In this document: piece by piece, positions 55,086 to 64,000 of the stretch | Layout: every line of letters begins with the position of its first letter | How positions within the stretch are numbered: the first letter of the stretch is position 1 | From: Patescibacteria group bacterium | GTDB lineage: Bacteria > Patescibacteriota > Doudnabacteria > UBA920 | Assembly: GCA_013387205.1 (NCBI GenBank) | Contig: WARV01000019.1 | Coordinates: 3,642 to 67,641 of the forward strand | Direction of reading: 5' to 3' | Length of the DNA: 64,000 bases | Position numbers and translations under genes: made by a program | Notes under the pieces: model-generated | Databases searched by the model: none | Told to the model about the DNA's origin: nothing | The model's input: the letters and a program-made list of their open reading frames with translations, nothing else

Positions 55086-56111
55086 CTACTCTTCTTCAAA
55101 CTCATGCCCCGTTAAGTCCAAATATACGTCTTCGAGCGTTGCGGTTTTGACCATAAAGCCGTAAAAGACAATATTGTTTTGTTTAAGCAGGCTAATTACC
55201 GCGCTGACTTTATCTAAATTGGTAATTTCTAAAATCACCTTGGGATAGCTGGCGTGGATTTTTTTTATTTCCGGCAAAGTTTTAAAGAGTTCCTGGTTTA
55301 TCTGGCTTTCCGTAAAAAAGGAAATCTGCGTAGTTTCAGACAAGCGGTCAATTAATTTTTTCGGTTCATCGATTTCCAAAATTTTTCCCGAATCCATTAT
55401 GGCAACGCGATTGCACAAAAATTCCGCCTCTTCCATGTAGTGGGTGGTTAAAATAATGGTTATGCCCTGCTTGTTGATGTTTTTTACTAATTGCCAAAGG
55501 TTCCTGCGGGCGGAAGGGTCAAGGCCGGTAGTCGGTTCGTCCAAAAATAAAATGTCGGGATTATGGACCAAAGAGGTGGCTATGGTAAAGCGCTGTTTTT
55601 GCCCGCCGGAAAGCTTGCTGACCAATTCATGCTCTTTGTCTTCCAGGTTGACGAGTTTAAGGAGGGCTTTTCTTCTGTCATCGCGAGGGAGCGCATCCGA
55701 CCGTGGCGATCTGTTTATAGATTGCTTCCCCCTTCGCCAAGGCTTCGGAGGACAGGTCGGCTGCACTCGCAATGACATCGGGTAAAGTGATGCGAATAAA
55801 TCCAGCAGTTCTCCCAGAGTCAAGTGATGCAAATATTCGCTCGATTGCAGCTGAATGCCAATGCGCTCTTTGACCTTGTCGGCATTTTCTAGATTATCAA
55901 ACCCCAAAACATTGATTGTGCCCGAGGTTTGTGCCCGGAGGCCTTCAATGATTTCCAAAGTCGTGGTTTTACCAGCCCCGTTGGGCCCGAGTATTCCAAA
56001 AATCTCGCCTTTTTGCACGGAAAAGCTAACCCCATTAACCGCTTCAAAGGCGTTTTTCTTACCCTGGTTATAAGTTTTCTTTAAGTCTTTGACTTCAATA
56101 ACATTTTGCAT
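55086..56111 (-). CDS. ABC transporter ATP-binding protein carrying a 36-aa in-frame insertion derived from an RPE-like element
   Basis: Walker A GPNGAGKTT, signature LSGGQKQR, Walker B ILFLDEPT. The Pro/Arg-rich insert LRVQPTCPPKPWRRGKQSINRSPRSDALPRDDRRKA lies between the Q-loop and the signature motif. Confidence 0.85.
   Translation of the reverse strand: MQNVIEVKDLKKTYNQGKKNAFEAVNGVSFSVQKGEIFGILGPNGAGKTTTLEIIEGLRAQTSGTINVLGFDNLENADKVKERIGIQLQSSEYLHHLTLGELLDLFASLYPMSLRVQPTCPPKPWRRGKQSINRSPRSDALPRDDRRKALLKLVNLEDKEHELVSKLSGGQKQRFTIATSLVHNPDILFLDEPTTGLDPSARRNLWQLVKNINKQGITIILTTHYMEEAEFLCNRVAIMDSGKILEIDEPKKLIDRLSETTQISFFTESQINQELFKTLPEIKKIHASYPKVILEITNLDKVSAVISLLKQNNIVFYGFMVKTATLEDVYLDLTGHEFEEE
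55677..55777. mobile_element. RPE-like MITE copy inserted in-frame in the ABC ATPase gene
   Basis: TIRs TGTCATCGCGAGGGAGCGCATCCGACC / GGTCGGCTGCACTCGCAATGACA. Internal AGATTGCTTCCCCCTTCGCCAAGGCTTCGGAGGACAGGTCGG matches the copy at 51296. Confidence 0.7.
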
Positions 56112-56173
56112 GGTTTAATTATATCACGATTTTCCCTTATTTTAAGAGGTGTTTAAAAACAGGCTTATTTATA

Positions 56174-56287
56174 CCCTTAATACAAAATTCGATATGGCCA
56201 GCTAATCAAAACATCGATTTTTAACCTAGTTTAAGCTGTTTTTTAGAGCTTTGCAATCTGACAGAATCGAATGTTGTTTTGCGGGGT
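56174..56287. repeat. ~115-bp inverted-repeat element upstream of rpoB (CCCTTAATACAAAATTCGATATGG ... CAGAATCGAATGTTG...CGGGGTA)
   Basis: Homologous to the element at 60367-60482 upstream of rpoC. Confidence 0.7.
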
Positions 56288-56295
56288 ATGCGGAA

Positions 56296-56329
56296 TTGAA
56301 TGGCTTGAGCCTTAGGTTGAGCCATTCAA
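56296..56329. repeat. Imperfect hairpin TTGAATGGCTTGAGCC-TTAG-GTTGAGCCATTCAA (GAATGGCTCAACC family)
   Basis: Conserved stem with a few mismatches. Confidence 0.65.
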
Positions 56330-56522
56330 AATATCTAATTTTATGGGTATTTTCAAGGGGGGCACCTTGAATTAATCAAAGGTGTGAATAAAAAAGAAAG
56401 AAGTCAAAAAAATCCGCTTATTTTAGGGGATTTTGATTAATTTTGTAAGTATATGCTATTTGTGCTATCATCAGTATATAATCAAGACTTTGGGAGGATT
56501 CGCATATTAGTGGATTTAGGAC

Positions 56523-56550
56523 TTGACAAAAATATCTTGACAGGTATAAT
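56523..56550 (+). promoter_or_regulatory. Sigma70 promoter TTGACA-16-TATAAT upstream of rpoB (~235-nt leader)
   Basis: Hexamers read directly. A second TTGACA overlaps the spacer. Confidence 0.5.
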
Positions 56551-56787
56551 CCAAATATGCACAATTTTATAAGATTTTAAGCCTAAAGCTAAACGGCCTT
56601 TTTTGCGTATGCGGAAAAGGGTGATGTTTTATGCTCTGCTATCACGAATTTGGGGAGATCGTGGGCAAAAAACATCATTTTAGTCGAGCAGCGGCTTAAC
56701 TTGAGGTCTGTAATTTGAGTTTACAGGCCTGATAAGGTTTATCATTAACAGCCTTTAAAGCAGATTTAAAGGTAAGGATCTTGTTTA

Positions 56788-59700
56788 ATGCAAACTAAAG
56801 CCAAGTCCATAAGTATCGCCGCAGCGCACAGCGCCAAGGCACAAGTCGCGCAGAGGAAATTTTTCAACAAATTCCACGAAGTTTCCCTGGTGCCGAACTT
56901 AATAGAGATCCAGCTGAATTCCTACCGCTGGTTTTTGGAAAAAGGACTCAAGGAACTGCTTGGGGAAATAAACCCCATCCGTGATTTCACGGGAAAGAAT
57001 TTGGAACTGTATTTTGGCGATTATTTTTTTGATAAAGCCAAGTACGACGAATTCACATCGCGCGAGCGCAATACCACTTTCGAAGCTCCGCTGTACGTGT
57101 CCGCCAAACTGGTCAACAAGGTAACCGGCAAGACCAAAACCCAAGATGTCTATTTTGGGGATTTCCCTTTGATGACTCCACGCGGCACGTTCATTATTAA
57201 CGGCGTGGAGCGCGTGGTGGTTAACCAGCTCATTAAGTCTCCGGGCGTGTTCTTTACCGCGGAAAATATCCGCGGCAAAAAGCTCTACGGCGCCAAAATT
57301 ATCCCAAACCGCGGCGCGTGGCTGGAACTGGATACTGACGCAGCCGGCGTGATTGGCGTTAAAATCGACCGCAAGAGAAGGATACCGATTACGGCTTTGC
57401 TTCGCGTGTTCGGGCTGTCTTCCAACGAAGAAATTTTGGCAAAGTTTTCTGATGTCGACACTGACCCGGACACCAAATTCATCCAGAACACTTTGGAAAA
57501 AGACGCATCCACCAATTCCGACGAAGGCTACAAAGAAGTTTACAAGAGAATCCGCCCCGGCGATTTGGCCACTGTAGACAACGCCAAGTCCTTGATTTCC
57601 GGCATGTTCTTTAACGCCGAGCGCTACGATTTGTCCGATGTCGGCCGCTACAAGTTCAACCAGAGAATGAATGTTACTGAAAAGAGCCAGATTTTAACTG
57701 TTGATGATTTGGCCCGGGTTGTTAAGGAAGTTATCCGCTTGAACAATACTCAGGAAATGGAAGATGATATTGACCACTTGGCCAACCGCCGCGTACGCGC
57801 TGTCGGGGAATTAATCCAAACCCGCTTCCGCGTGGGCTTAGCCCGCATGGCCAGGATTGCCAAGGACCGTATGAGCCTTGCTGATTTAGACACTGTTACC
57901 CCGGCCCAGCTTATCCATGTCCGCCCGATTGTTGCTACCATGCAGGAATTTTTCTCCTCTTCCCAATTGTCCCAGTTCATGGACCAGACCAATCCTTTGG
58001 CCGAACTCGAACACAAGAGAAGGCTTAGCGCCATGGGTCCCGGCGGGTTGTCCCGCGAGCGCGCGGGCTTTGAAGTTCGCGACGTGCACCGCTCCCACTA
58101 CGGACGCTTGTGTCCGATTACCACTCCGGAAGGCCCGAACATCGGTTTGGTTGCCCACTTGTCCACTTACGCCAGAGTCAACGATTTCGGATTCATTGAA
58201 ACCCCTTACCGCTTAGTCAAAAAGTTTGCCAAGAATAATGGCAAAGACGGTGTTGGAGAAATTCCGCTGTTTGACGTTAAAGGCGCAGATGGCAAAACAT
58301 TAGCCAAAGCCGGCGAAGTCATTTCCGAAAAACAGGCTAAGGATTTATCCAAAGACGACCAGGTTTTAGAATTCAGGATAAAGCCGCGCGTGACTGACGA
58401 AATTATCAGCCTGGACGCTTATGAAGAAGAAAGGCTGGTCATCGGCCAGTCTAATATAGAGATAGACGAAAACGGCTACTTTACCGAAGCCCGCTCTTCG
58501 GTTAGGGTGCATTCTTCCCCGAGCATTGCCGATACCAATGACATTGACTGTTTGGACGTCTCGCCCAAGCAGATTATTTCCGTTACCACTTCCTTAATTC
58601 CGTTTTTGGAACACGACGACGCTAACCGCGCTTTGATGGGATCCAACATGCAACGCCAGGCCGTGTCCTGCATCAGGCCGGACGCGCCGATTGTCGGCAC
58701 CGGCATGGAAATGAAATCCGCCAGGGATTCCGGGCAGGTGGTTATTGCCGAAGAAGACGGCGAAGTCACTTCTGTTTCCGGCGACAAAATTGTCGTGGTT
58801 GGCGACAAAGGCAAGAAGAAAGAATACCATTTGTTGAAATTCCTGCGCACCAACAGCGCCACTTCCATTAACCAGATTGCGCGCGTTAACAAGGGTGCAA
58901 AAGTCAAAAAAGGCGATCTTTTAGCCGATGGCGCGTCCACGCAGAACGGCGAACTGGCACTCGGCCAAAACGTTTTGGTGGCATTTATGTCCTGGGAAGG
59001 CGGCAACTACGAAGACGCCGTGCTGGTTTCCGAACGCGTGGTGCAGAGAGATTTATATTCCTCCATCCACATTGATGATTTTAAAATAGATGTGCGCGAC
59101 ACCAAGCTCGGGGCCGAGCAGATTACCCGTGACATCCCGAATGTCGGCGAAGAAAAACTTAAAGACTTGGACGATAGCGGAATTATCCGCATCGGCGCGC
59201 AGGTCAAAGCTGGCGATATTTTAGTAGGTAAAATTACGCCTAAAGGCGAAACCGATTTGACTGCGGAAGAAAAACTTTTGCGCGTGATATTCGGCGAAAA
59301 GTCCCGCGACGTTAAAGATACTTCCTTAACTTTGCCTCACGGCGAATACGGGAAAGTCGTTAACATCCGCCAGTTCACCAGGGAGGCCGGCGATAAGTTG
59401 CCCTCGGGCGTTATCCGTTCCATCCAGGTTTCAGTAGCAGTTTTGCGCAAAATCCAGGTTGGCGACAAGATGGCCGGCAGGCACGGGAACAAAGGTGTTA
59501 TCTCTAAAATTATTCCAGTTGAAGATTTGCCATTTATGGCAGACGGTACCCCGGTGGATATTGTACTGAATCCTTTGGGTGTCGTGTCCCGTATGAACTT
59601 GGGTCAGATTTTAGAAACCCACTTGGGCATGGCAGCTTTCAAACAAGGTTTCCGCGTTGCCACGCCAGTGCTCGACGGTGTTACGGAAAAACAAATTAAA

Positions 59701-60288
59701 GAAGAATTGACCAAGGCAGAAATCCCGACAGATGGCAAGGTTGTGCTTTATGACGGCAAGACCGGCGAACAGTTTGACGAGAAAGTCACTGTAGGTATTA
59801 TGTACTTCTTAAAACTGCACCACTTGGTTGATGACAAGATGCATGCCCGCTCCACTGGTCCGTACTCGCTTATCACCCAGCAGCCACTCGGCGGTAAAGC
59901 CCAGTTCGGCGGACAGAGATTCGGGGAAATGGAAGTTTGGGCCCTTGAAGGTTACGGCGCTGCCCACACTTTGCAGGAAATGCTGACCATCAAGTCCGAT
60001 GACGTGGTCGGCAGAAGCAAGACCTACGAAGCCATTGTCAAAGGCGAGCCGATTAAGAAGCCGAATGTTCCGGAATCTTTCCGCGTGTTGGTCAAGGAAT
60101 TGCAGTCGCTTTGCCTTGACGTTGAGCTGCTCGGCGCCGGCGGAGAAATTACCAGCGCCTCGCAGGAATCTGACGTGACTGCCGGAATGGATTTGCCTAA
60201 AGAGCCGGTAGCTGTGCCGGATGCCGCATCGTTATTTGCCGACGAACCGAAGAAAGAGAAGAAAAAGAAGGATAAAAAGTCGAAGTAA
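56788..60288 (+). CDS. rpoB: DNA-directed RNA polymerase subunit beta
   Basis: 1166 aa. Conserved RpoB blocks ([36 protein letters not shown]). Confidence 0.97.
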   Translation: MQTKAKSISIAAAHSAKAQVAQRKFFNKFHEVSLVPNLIEIQLNSYRWFLEKGLKELLGEINPIRDFTGKNLELYFGDYFFDKAKYDEFTSRERNTTFEAPLYVSAKLVNKVTGKTKTQDVYFGDFPLMTPRGTFIINGVERVVVNQLIKSPGVFFTAENIRGKKLYGAKIIPNRGAWLELDTDAAGVIGVKIDRKRRIPITALLRVFGLSSNEEILAKFSDVDTDPDTKFIQNTLEKDASTNSDEGYKEVYKRIRPGDLATVDNAKSLISGMFFNAERYDLSDVGRYKFNQRMNVTEKSQILTVDDLARVVKEVIRLNNTQEMEDDIDHLANRRVRAVGELIQTRFRVGLARMARIAKDRMSLADLDTVTPAQLIHVRPIVATMQEFFSSSQLSQFMDQTNPLAELEHKRRLSAMGPGGLSRERAGFEVRDVHRSHYGRLCPITTPEGPNIGLVAHLSTYARVNDFGFIETPYRLVKKFAKNNGKDGVGEIPLFDVKGADGKTLAKAGEVISEKQAKDLSKDDQVLEFRIKPRVTDEIISLDAYEEERLVIGQSNIEIDENGYFTEARSSVRVHSSPSIADTNDIDCLDVSPKQIISVTTSLIPFLEHDDANRALMGSNMQRQAVSCIRPDAPIVGTGMEMKSARDSGQVVIAEEDGEVTSVSGDKIVVVGDKGKKKEYHLLKFLRTNSATSINQIARVNKGAKVKKGDLLADGASTQNGELALGQNVLVAFMSWEGGNYEDAVLVSERVVQRDLYSSIHIDDFKIDVRDTKLGAEQITRDIPNVGEEKLKDLDDSGIIRIGAQVKAGDILVGKITPKGETDLTAEEKLLRVIFGEKSRDVKDTSLTLPHGEYGKVVNIRQFTREAGDKLPSGVIRSIQVSVAVLRKIQVGDKMAGRHGNKGVISKIIPVEDLPFMADGTPVDIVLNPLGVVSRMNLGQILETHLGMAAFKQGFRVATPVLDGVTEKQIKEELTKAEIPTDGKVVLYDGKTGEQFDEKVTVGIMYFLKLHHLVDDKMHARSTGPYSLITQQPLGGKAQFGGQRFGEMEVWALEGYGAAHTLQEMLTIKSDDVVGRSKTYEAIVKGEPIKKPNVPESFRVLVKELQSLCLDVELLGAGGEITSASQESDVTAGMDLPKEPVAVPDAASLFADEPKKEKKKKDKKSK

Positions 60289-60366
60289 ATCTATATAAAA
60301 ATCTTTTAAAATTCAACTTTTTATCATTCAAAAATTAACCTAATTCCTAATTAACCTAATTTCTAA

Positions 60367-60482
60367 ACCCCGTAATACAACATTCGATATGGTTAGTAAT
60401 ATCAATATGTTGATAATATTAAAGGCTTAGTGGTTATCAATACTTGGTAAAGCAACAGAATCAAATGTTGATATACGGGGTA
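60367..60482. repeat. ~115-bp inverted-repeat element upstream of rpoC (CCCCGTAATACAACATTCGATATGG ... CAGAATCAAATGTTGATATACGGGG)
   Basis: Terminal inverted repeats CCCCGTAATACAACATTCGAT / ATCAAATGTTGATATACGGGG. Copy of the element at 56174. Confidence 0.7.
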
Positions 60483-60581
60483 AACAAACCCCAAATCCTA
60501 ATATCTAAACATTAGAAATTGGGAATTAGACATTATTTAGGTCAATTAGAGCAATTAGAATAATTAGAATAATTTATCTCT

Positions 60582-63500
60582 ATGTTAACCCAAACTGAGG
60601 ATTTCAAAGGCGTAAGGCTGAAACTGGCTAGCCCGGACACCATCTTAAACTGGTCCCATGGCGAAGTCACCAAGCCTGAAACCATCAACTATCGCACCCA
60701 GCGTCCGGAAAAGGACGGCTTGTTCGACGAAAAGATTTTCGGGCCTATTAAGGACTGGGAATGCTATTGCGGCAAATACAAGCGTATCCGCTACAAGGGG
60801 ATTGTCTGCGACAAGTGCGGCGTGGAAGTGACTAAGTCTTCCGTCCGCCGCGAGCGCATGGGTCATATTAAATTGTCCGTGCCCGTAGCCCATATTTGGT
60901 TTTTGCGCGGCGTACCGTCCAGACTTGGTCTTATGCTCGATTTAGGCGTGCAGGAACTGGAAAAAGTCGTCTACTTTGCCGCTTATATCATTTCCCATGT
61001 GGATGAAGAAGCCAGGACTAATACGGTTGACCAGATTGAACGCGAATTCAAAGCCAAGAAGAAAGCTATTGAAGAAAAATACGAAACTTTAATCGGCAAA
61101 ACCAAGTCTGCTTTGCAGCAAAAGAGCGGCAAAGTTGACGAGGATGTTTTGCAGGCGGAAATCGACGCGGAAATTACCAGGTTGAAAGACGCTTGGAGCA
61201 AGGAACTCGATGCGCTGGAATCCATCCGCGACCAGGCCAGGAGCGAACTTAAGTCTATCAAGAAATTGCAGATTATTTCCGAACTCCAATACCGCGATTT
61301 GTCCTTAAAGTACGGACCGGTTTTCACTGCGGGAATCGGCGCTGAAGCCTTAAAAGGATTGCTTGAAGAAGTTAATCTGGAAGAAATAGCTAAAGAGCTT
61401 GAAACCGAACTGCCGGATTTGGAAGGCCAGGCCGAGAGGAAAGTTTTAAAGCGCTTAAAGCTTATCAAGTCCTTAATTTTATCAGGTCTTCGCCCTGAAT
61501 GGATGCTTATTACCCATTTGCCGGTTATTCCTCCGGATTTGCGCCCTATGGTCCAGCTCGATGGTGGCCGCTTTGCCGCGTCTGACTTGAACGACTTGTA
61601 CCGCCGCGTGATTAACCGCAACAACCGCTTAAAGAAGCTTTTGGAAATCAAGGCTCCCGAAGTCATTACCAGGAACGAAAAGCGCATGCTGCAGGAAGCT
61701 GTTGATGCGTTAATTGACAATTCCATTCGCCACGGCAAGGAAGTCACCGCTTCCACCGGGCAAAAGAGAAAACTGCGCAGCTTGGCCGATATGCTCAAAG
61801 GCAAACAGGGCAGGTTCCGCCAGAACTTGCTCGGTAAGCGCGTGGACTACTCCGGCCGCTCCGTCATTGTCGTCGGCCCGCACTTGAAATTGCACCAGTG
61901 CGGTTTGCCGAAATTCATGGCGCTTGAATTGTTCAAGCCGTTCGTGATTTCCAAACTCATTGGCCGTGAGTATGCCCATAACGTCCGCAGCGCTAACCGT
62001 CTTATTGAACAAGGCCGCACCGAAGTTTATGATATTTTGGAAGAAGTCACCAAAGACCATTATGTTTTGCTTAACCGCGCCCCGACTTTGCACCGCTTGG
62101 GCTTCCAGGCTTTCCAGCCGGTATTGATAGAAGGAAAAGCCATCCAGTTGCATCCCATGGTTTGCGCCGCGTTTAACGCAGACTTTGACGGTGACCAGAT
62201 GGCTGTGCACGTGCCTTTGACCGAAGCCGCCCAAAAAGAAGCGCGCGAAATAATGGTCTCCGCCCACAACCTGCTTAAGCCGGCATCCGGCGATCCGGTT
62301 ATGACCCCGGACAAAGACGTGGTGGTCGGCTGCTACTACATCACCAAAATCCGCTCTGGCCTCAAAGGCGAAGGCAAGGTGTTTGCCAGCCCTCAGGAAG
62401 CCATTTTGGCTTACAATAACAAGTTCGTTAACATCCAGGCTAAAATTAAAGTCCGCTTGGACAATGGCGAAATTGTGGAAACATCCGTGGGCCGTTTGAT
62501 TTTCAACCGCATCGTTCCAAAAGAGTTCGGCTACAGAAACGAGCATTTTGACAAAAAGAAATTACAGGCTCTGGTCCGCGAAGCGCACCGCTTGTTCGGC
62601 AATAAGCAGACCGCCGAACTTATCGACGAAATCAAGCGCGTCGGCTACACCTATATGAAGCAATCGGGAATTTCCTGGGGTATGGATGACTTGCGCGTAC
62701 CGGACAGCAAGTACGAATTGTTCGGTCAAGCTGACAAGGAAGTGGAAACCACTTACCAGCAATACCGCGAAGGTTTGTTGACCGATGAAGAACGCAAGAA
62801 CCGCATTGTGGAAATTTGGGCAGACACCGGCGAAAAATTAGCTAAAGACGTGGCCCAGACAGTGGAAGACCACAGCTCAGTCAACTACATCTTTACTTCC
62901 GGAGGCAGGGGATCCATGTCGCAGATAAACCAGATGTCAGGTATGAAGGGCTTGGTGGTTAACCCGGCCGGTGACGTTATTGAATTGCCGGTTCGCGGCA
63001 GCTTTAAGGAAGGCTTGGCAGTTTTGGAATATTTCATTTCCACTCACGGCTCCCGTAAAGGTATGTCCGATACCGCTTTAAGGACCGCTGACGCCGGATA
63101 TTTGACCCGCCGCCTTGTCGACGTGGCCCAGGATATCGTGATTAACGCCGAAGATTGCGGCACTGAAGATTATGACATTGTGACTTTGGCTGACAGCCAG
63201 AGGATGAACAAGCCGTTGGACCGCAGGCTGTTCGGCCGCGTGGCCGCCGAAGACGTTAAAGGCAAAGACGGCAAAGTGATTGTCGAGAAAAATTCCGGCA
63301 TTAACGACGAGCAGGCCAAGATGATTATGGATGCCGGCGTGACCGAAGTTAAATGCAGGAGCGTATTAAAGTGCAAACTGTCGCGCGGCATTTGCCGTTT
63401 GTGCTACGGTTACGATTTGGGCTTTAACGATATGGTTAAGCTCGGCGCCGCTGTCGGGATTGTGGCCGCTCAGGCCATTGGTGAGCCGGGAACCCAGCTG

Positions 63501-64000
63501 ACCATGAGAACCTTCCACACCGGAGGTTCAGCGTCCGTTAAGGATATTACCCAAGGTTTGCCCAGAGTCGAAGAATTGTTTGAAGCCAGGGAACCTAAAG
63601 GGCAGGCGACCGTGGCCGAAGCGGACGGGCAAATTTACATTTCAAAGCCCAACAACAAGGAATACGTGGTCCGCATCCAAAGCCAGGACGTGGCTAAGGA
63701 TGTTTACCATTTAGGCAACGCCCGCTCTGCCATCAAAGACGGCAGTGCCGTGAATTCCGGCGACACCTTGTATATCGACGAGTCCGGCCAGAACATAAAA
63801 GCCAAGAGCAACGGCATTGTCAAAGTGGAAAAAGACAAAATCACTGTTATCCACGAAAGCGAAGACATGAAGGAATACGTCATCCCGGCTTCGTTCTCTT
63901 TGCTCGTTAAAGACGGCGACCTGGTGGTTAAAGGCCAGCAGCTGACCGAAGGTAACCTGAACCCGGGCCAGATTATGAATTTGAGGGGATTGGAACCAGC
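60582..64000 (+). CDS. rpoC: DNA-directed RNA polymerase subunit beta' (3'-truncated by window edge)
   Basis: Manual translation gives MLTQTEDFKGVRLKLASPDTILNWSHGEV...CYCGKYKRIRYKGIVCDKCGVEV (zinc finger), NADFDGDQMAVH (catalytic motif). The frame is open to the end of the window. Confidence 0.95.
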   Translation, partial: MLTQTEDFKGVRLKLASPDTILNWSHGEVTKPETINYRTQRPEKDGLFDEKIFGPIKDWECYCGKYKRIRYKGIVCDKCGVEVTKSSVRRERMGHIKLSVPVAHIWFLRGVPSRLGLMLDLGVQELEKVVYFAAYIISHVDEEARTNTVDQIEREFKAKKKAIEEKYETLIGKTKSALQQKSGKVDEDVLQAEIDAEITRLKDAWSKELDALESIRDQARSELKSIKKLQIISELQYRDLSLKYGPVFTAGIGAEALKGLLEEVNLEEIAKELETELPDLEGQAERKVLKRLKLIKSLILSGLRPEWMLITHLPVIPPDLRPMVQLDGGRFAASDLNDLYRRVINRNNRLKKLLEIKAPEVITRNEKRMLQEAVDALIDNSIRHGKEVTASTGQKRKLRSLADMLKGKQGRFRQNLLGKRVDYSGRSVIVVGPHLKLHQCGLPKFMALELFKPFVISKLIGREYAHNVRSANRLIEQGRTEVYDILEEVTKDHYVLLNRAPTLHRLGFQAFQPVLIEGKAIQLHPMVCAAFNADFDGDQMAVHVPLTEAAQKEAREIMVSAHNLLKPASGDPVMTPDKDVVVGCYYITKIRSGLKGEGKVFASPQEAILAYNNKFVNIQAKIKVRLDNGEIVETSVGRLIFNRIVPKEFGYRNEHFDKKKLQALVREAHRLFGNKQTAELIDEIKRVGYTYMKQSGISWGMDDLRVPDSKYELFGQADKEVETTYQQYREGLLTDEERKNRIVEIWADTGEKLAKDVAQTVEDHSSVNYIFTSGGRGSMSQINQMSGMKGLVVNPAGDVIELPVRGSFKEGLAVLEYFISTHGSRKGMSDTALRTADAGYLTRRLVDVAQDIVINAEDCGTEDYDIVTLADSQRMNKPLDRRLFGRVAAEDVKGKDGKVIVEKNSGINDEQAKMIMDAGVTEVKCRSVLKCKLSRGICRLCYGYDLGFNDMVKLGAAVGIVAAQAIGEPGTQLTMRTFHTGGSASVKDITQGLPRVEELFEAREPKGQATVAEADGQIYISKPNNKEYVVRIQSQDVAKDVYHLGNARSAIKDGSAVNSGDTLYIDESGQNIKAKSNGIVKVEKDKITVIHESEDMKEYVIPASFSLLVKDGDLVVKGQQLTEGNLNPGQIMNLRGLEP

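Noticed and set aside
58476-59006. 176-aa minus-strand ORF, plus many other antisense ORFs inside rpoB, uvrB, polA, PBP1A, clp and the giant gene
   Set aside because: These are shadow ORFs opposite well-supported long CDSs. They show no domain features and their composition is typical of antisense reading frames.

Overview
Reading the sequence directly, this is a gene-dense, low-GC (~40%) bacterial window with a streamlined, Patescibacteria/CPR-like character. That lineage call is an inference from the truncated TsaB, the short YidC, a FemAB-family protein, an orphan PilB and the absence of any obvious outer-membrane machinery.

Recognisable core genes:
- 3' end of gyrA, and tRNA-Ile(UAU).
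- rsmI, a YebC-family regulator, ruvC and tyrS.
- A class A PBP and an O-antigen-ligase-family protein.
- jag-yidC-yidD-rnpA-rpmH on the minus strand, divergent from dnaA-dnaN-recF-DUF721-rsmE. DnaA-box clusters on both sides of dnaA suggest oriC.
- ruvB, a VanW-family protein and tsaE.
- A DHH phosphoesterase, PilB/GspE, polA, rpsT, uvrB, ruvA and a FemAB-family protein.
- A membrane-anchored ClpC-like double-AAA+ ATPase, a Mur ligase, a short tsaB and an ABC-2 transporter pair.
- rpoB and the 5' part of rpoC.

Accessory content:
- A RhuM-Doc/Fic fusion protein next to a small SAM-methyltransferase-like gene.
- A 1089-aa surface protein built from ~12 tandem ~85-aa repeats.
- Two GC-rich, horizontally acquired-looking secreted-protein genes.

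The most striking thing is in the intergenic space, not the genes. The window is saturated with several families of dispersed structured repeats:
1. A ~90-bp CCGAAT-rich inverted-repeat element, five copies, each ending 2-6 nt before a start codon.
2. An RPE-like GTCATYGCGAGG...CCTCGCAATGAC MITE family. Two copies sit in-frame inside CDSs (the ABC ATPase and the O-antigen ligase).
3. Six long perfect palindromes centred on ACGGCCGT.
4. Hairpin families with conserved stems (GAATGGCTCAACC, AACGGCTAAAWCCTA, AAGGATGCCCC).
5. A ~115-bp inverted-repeat element placed upstream of both rpoB and rpoC.
6. AT-rich word repeats (AATTAGGTTAATT, TACTAAATA).

The window also contains several near-consensus sigma70 promoters, many hairpin terminators, and two candidate structured non-coding RNA regions.
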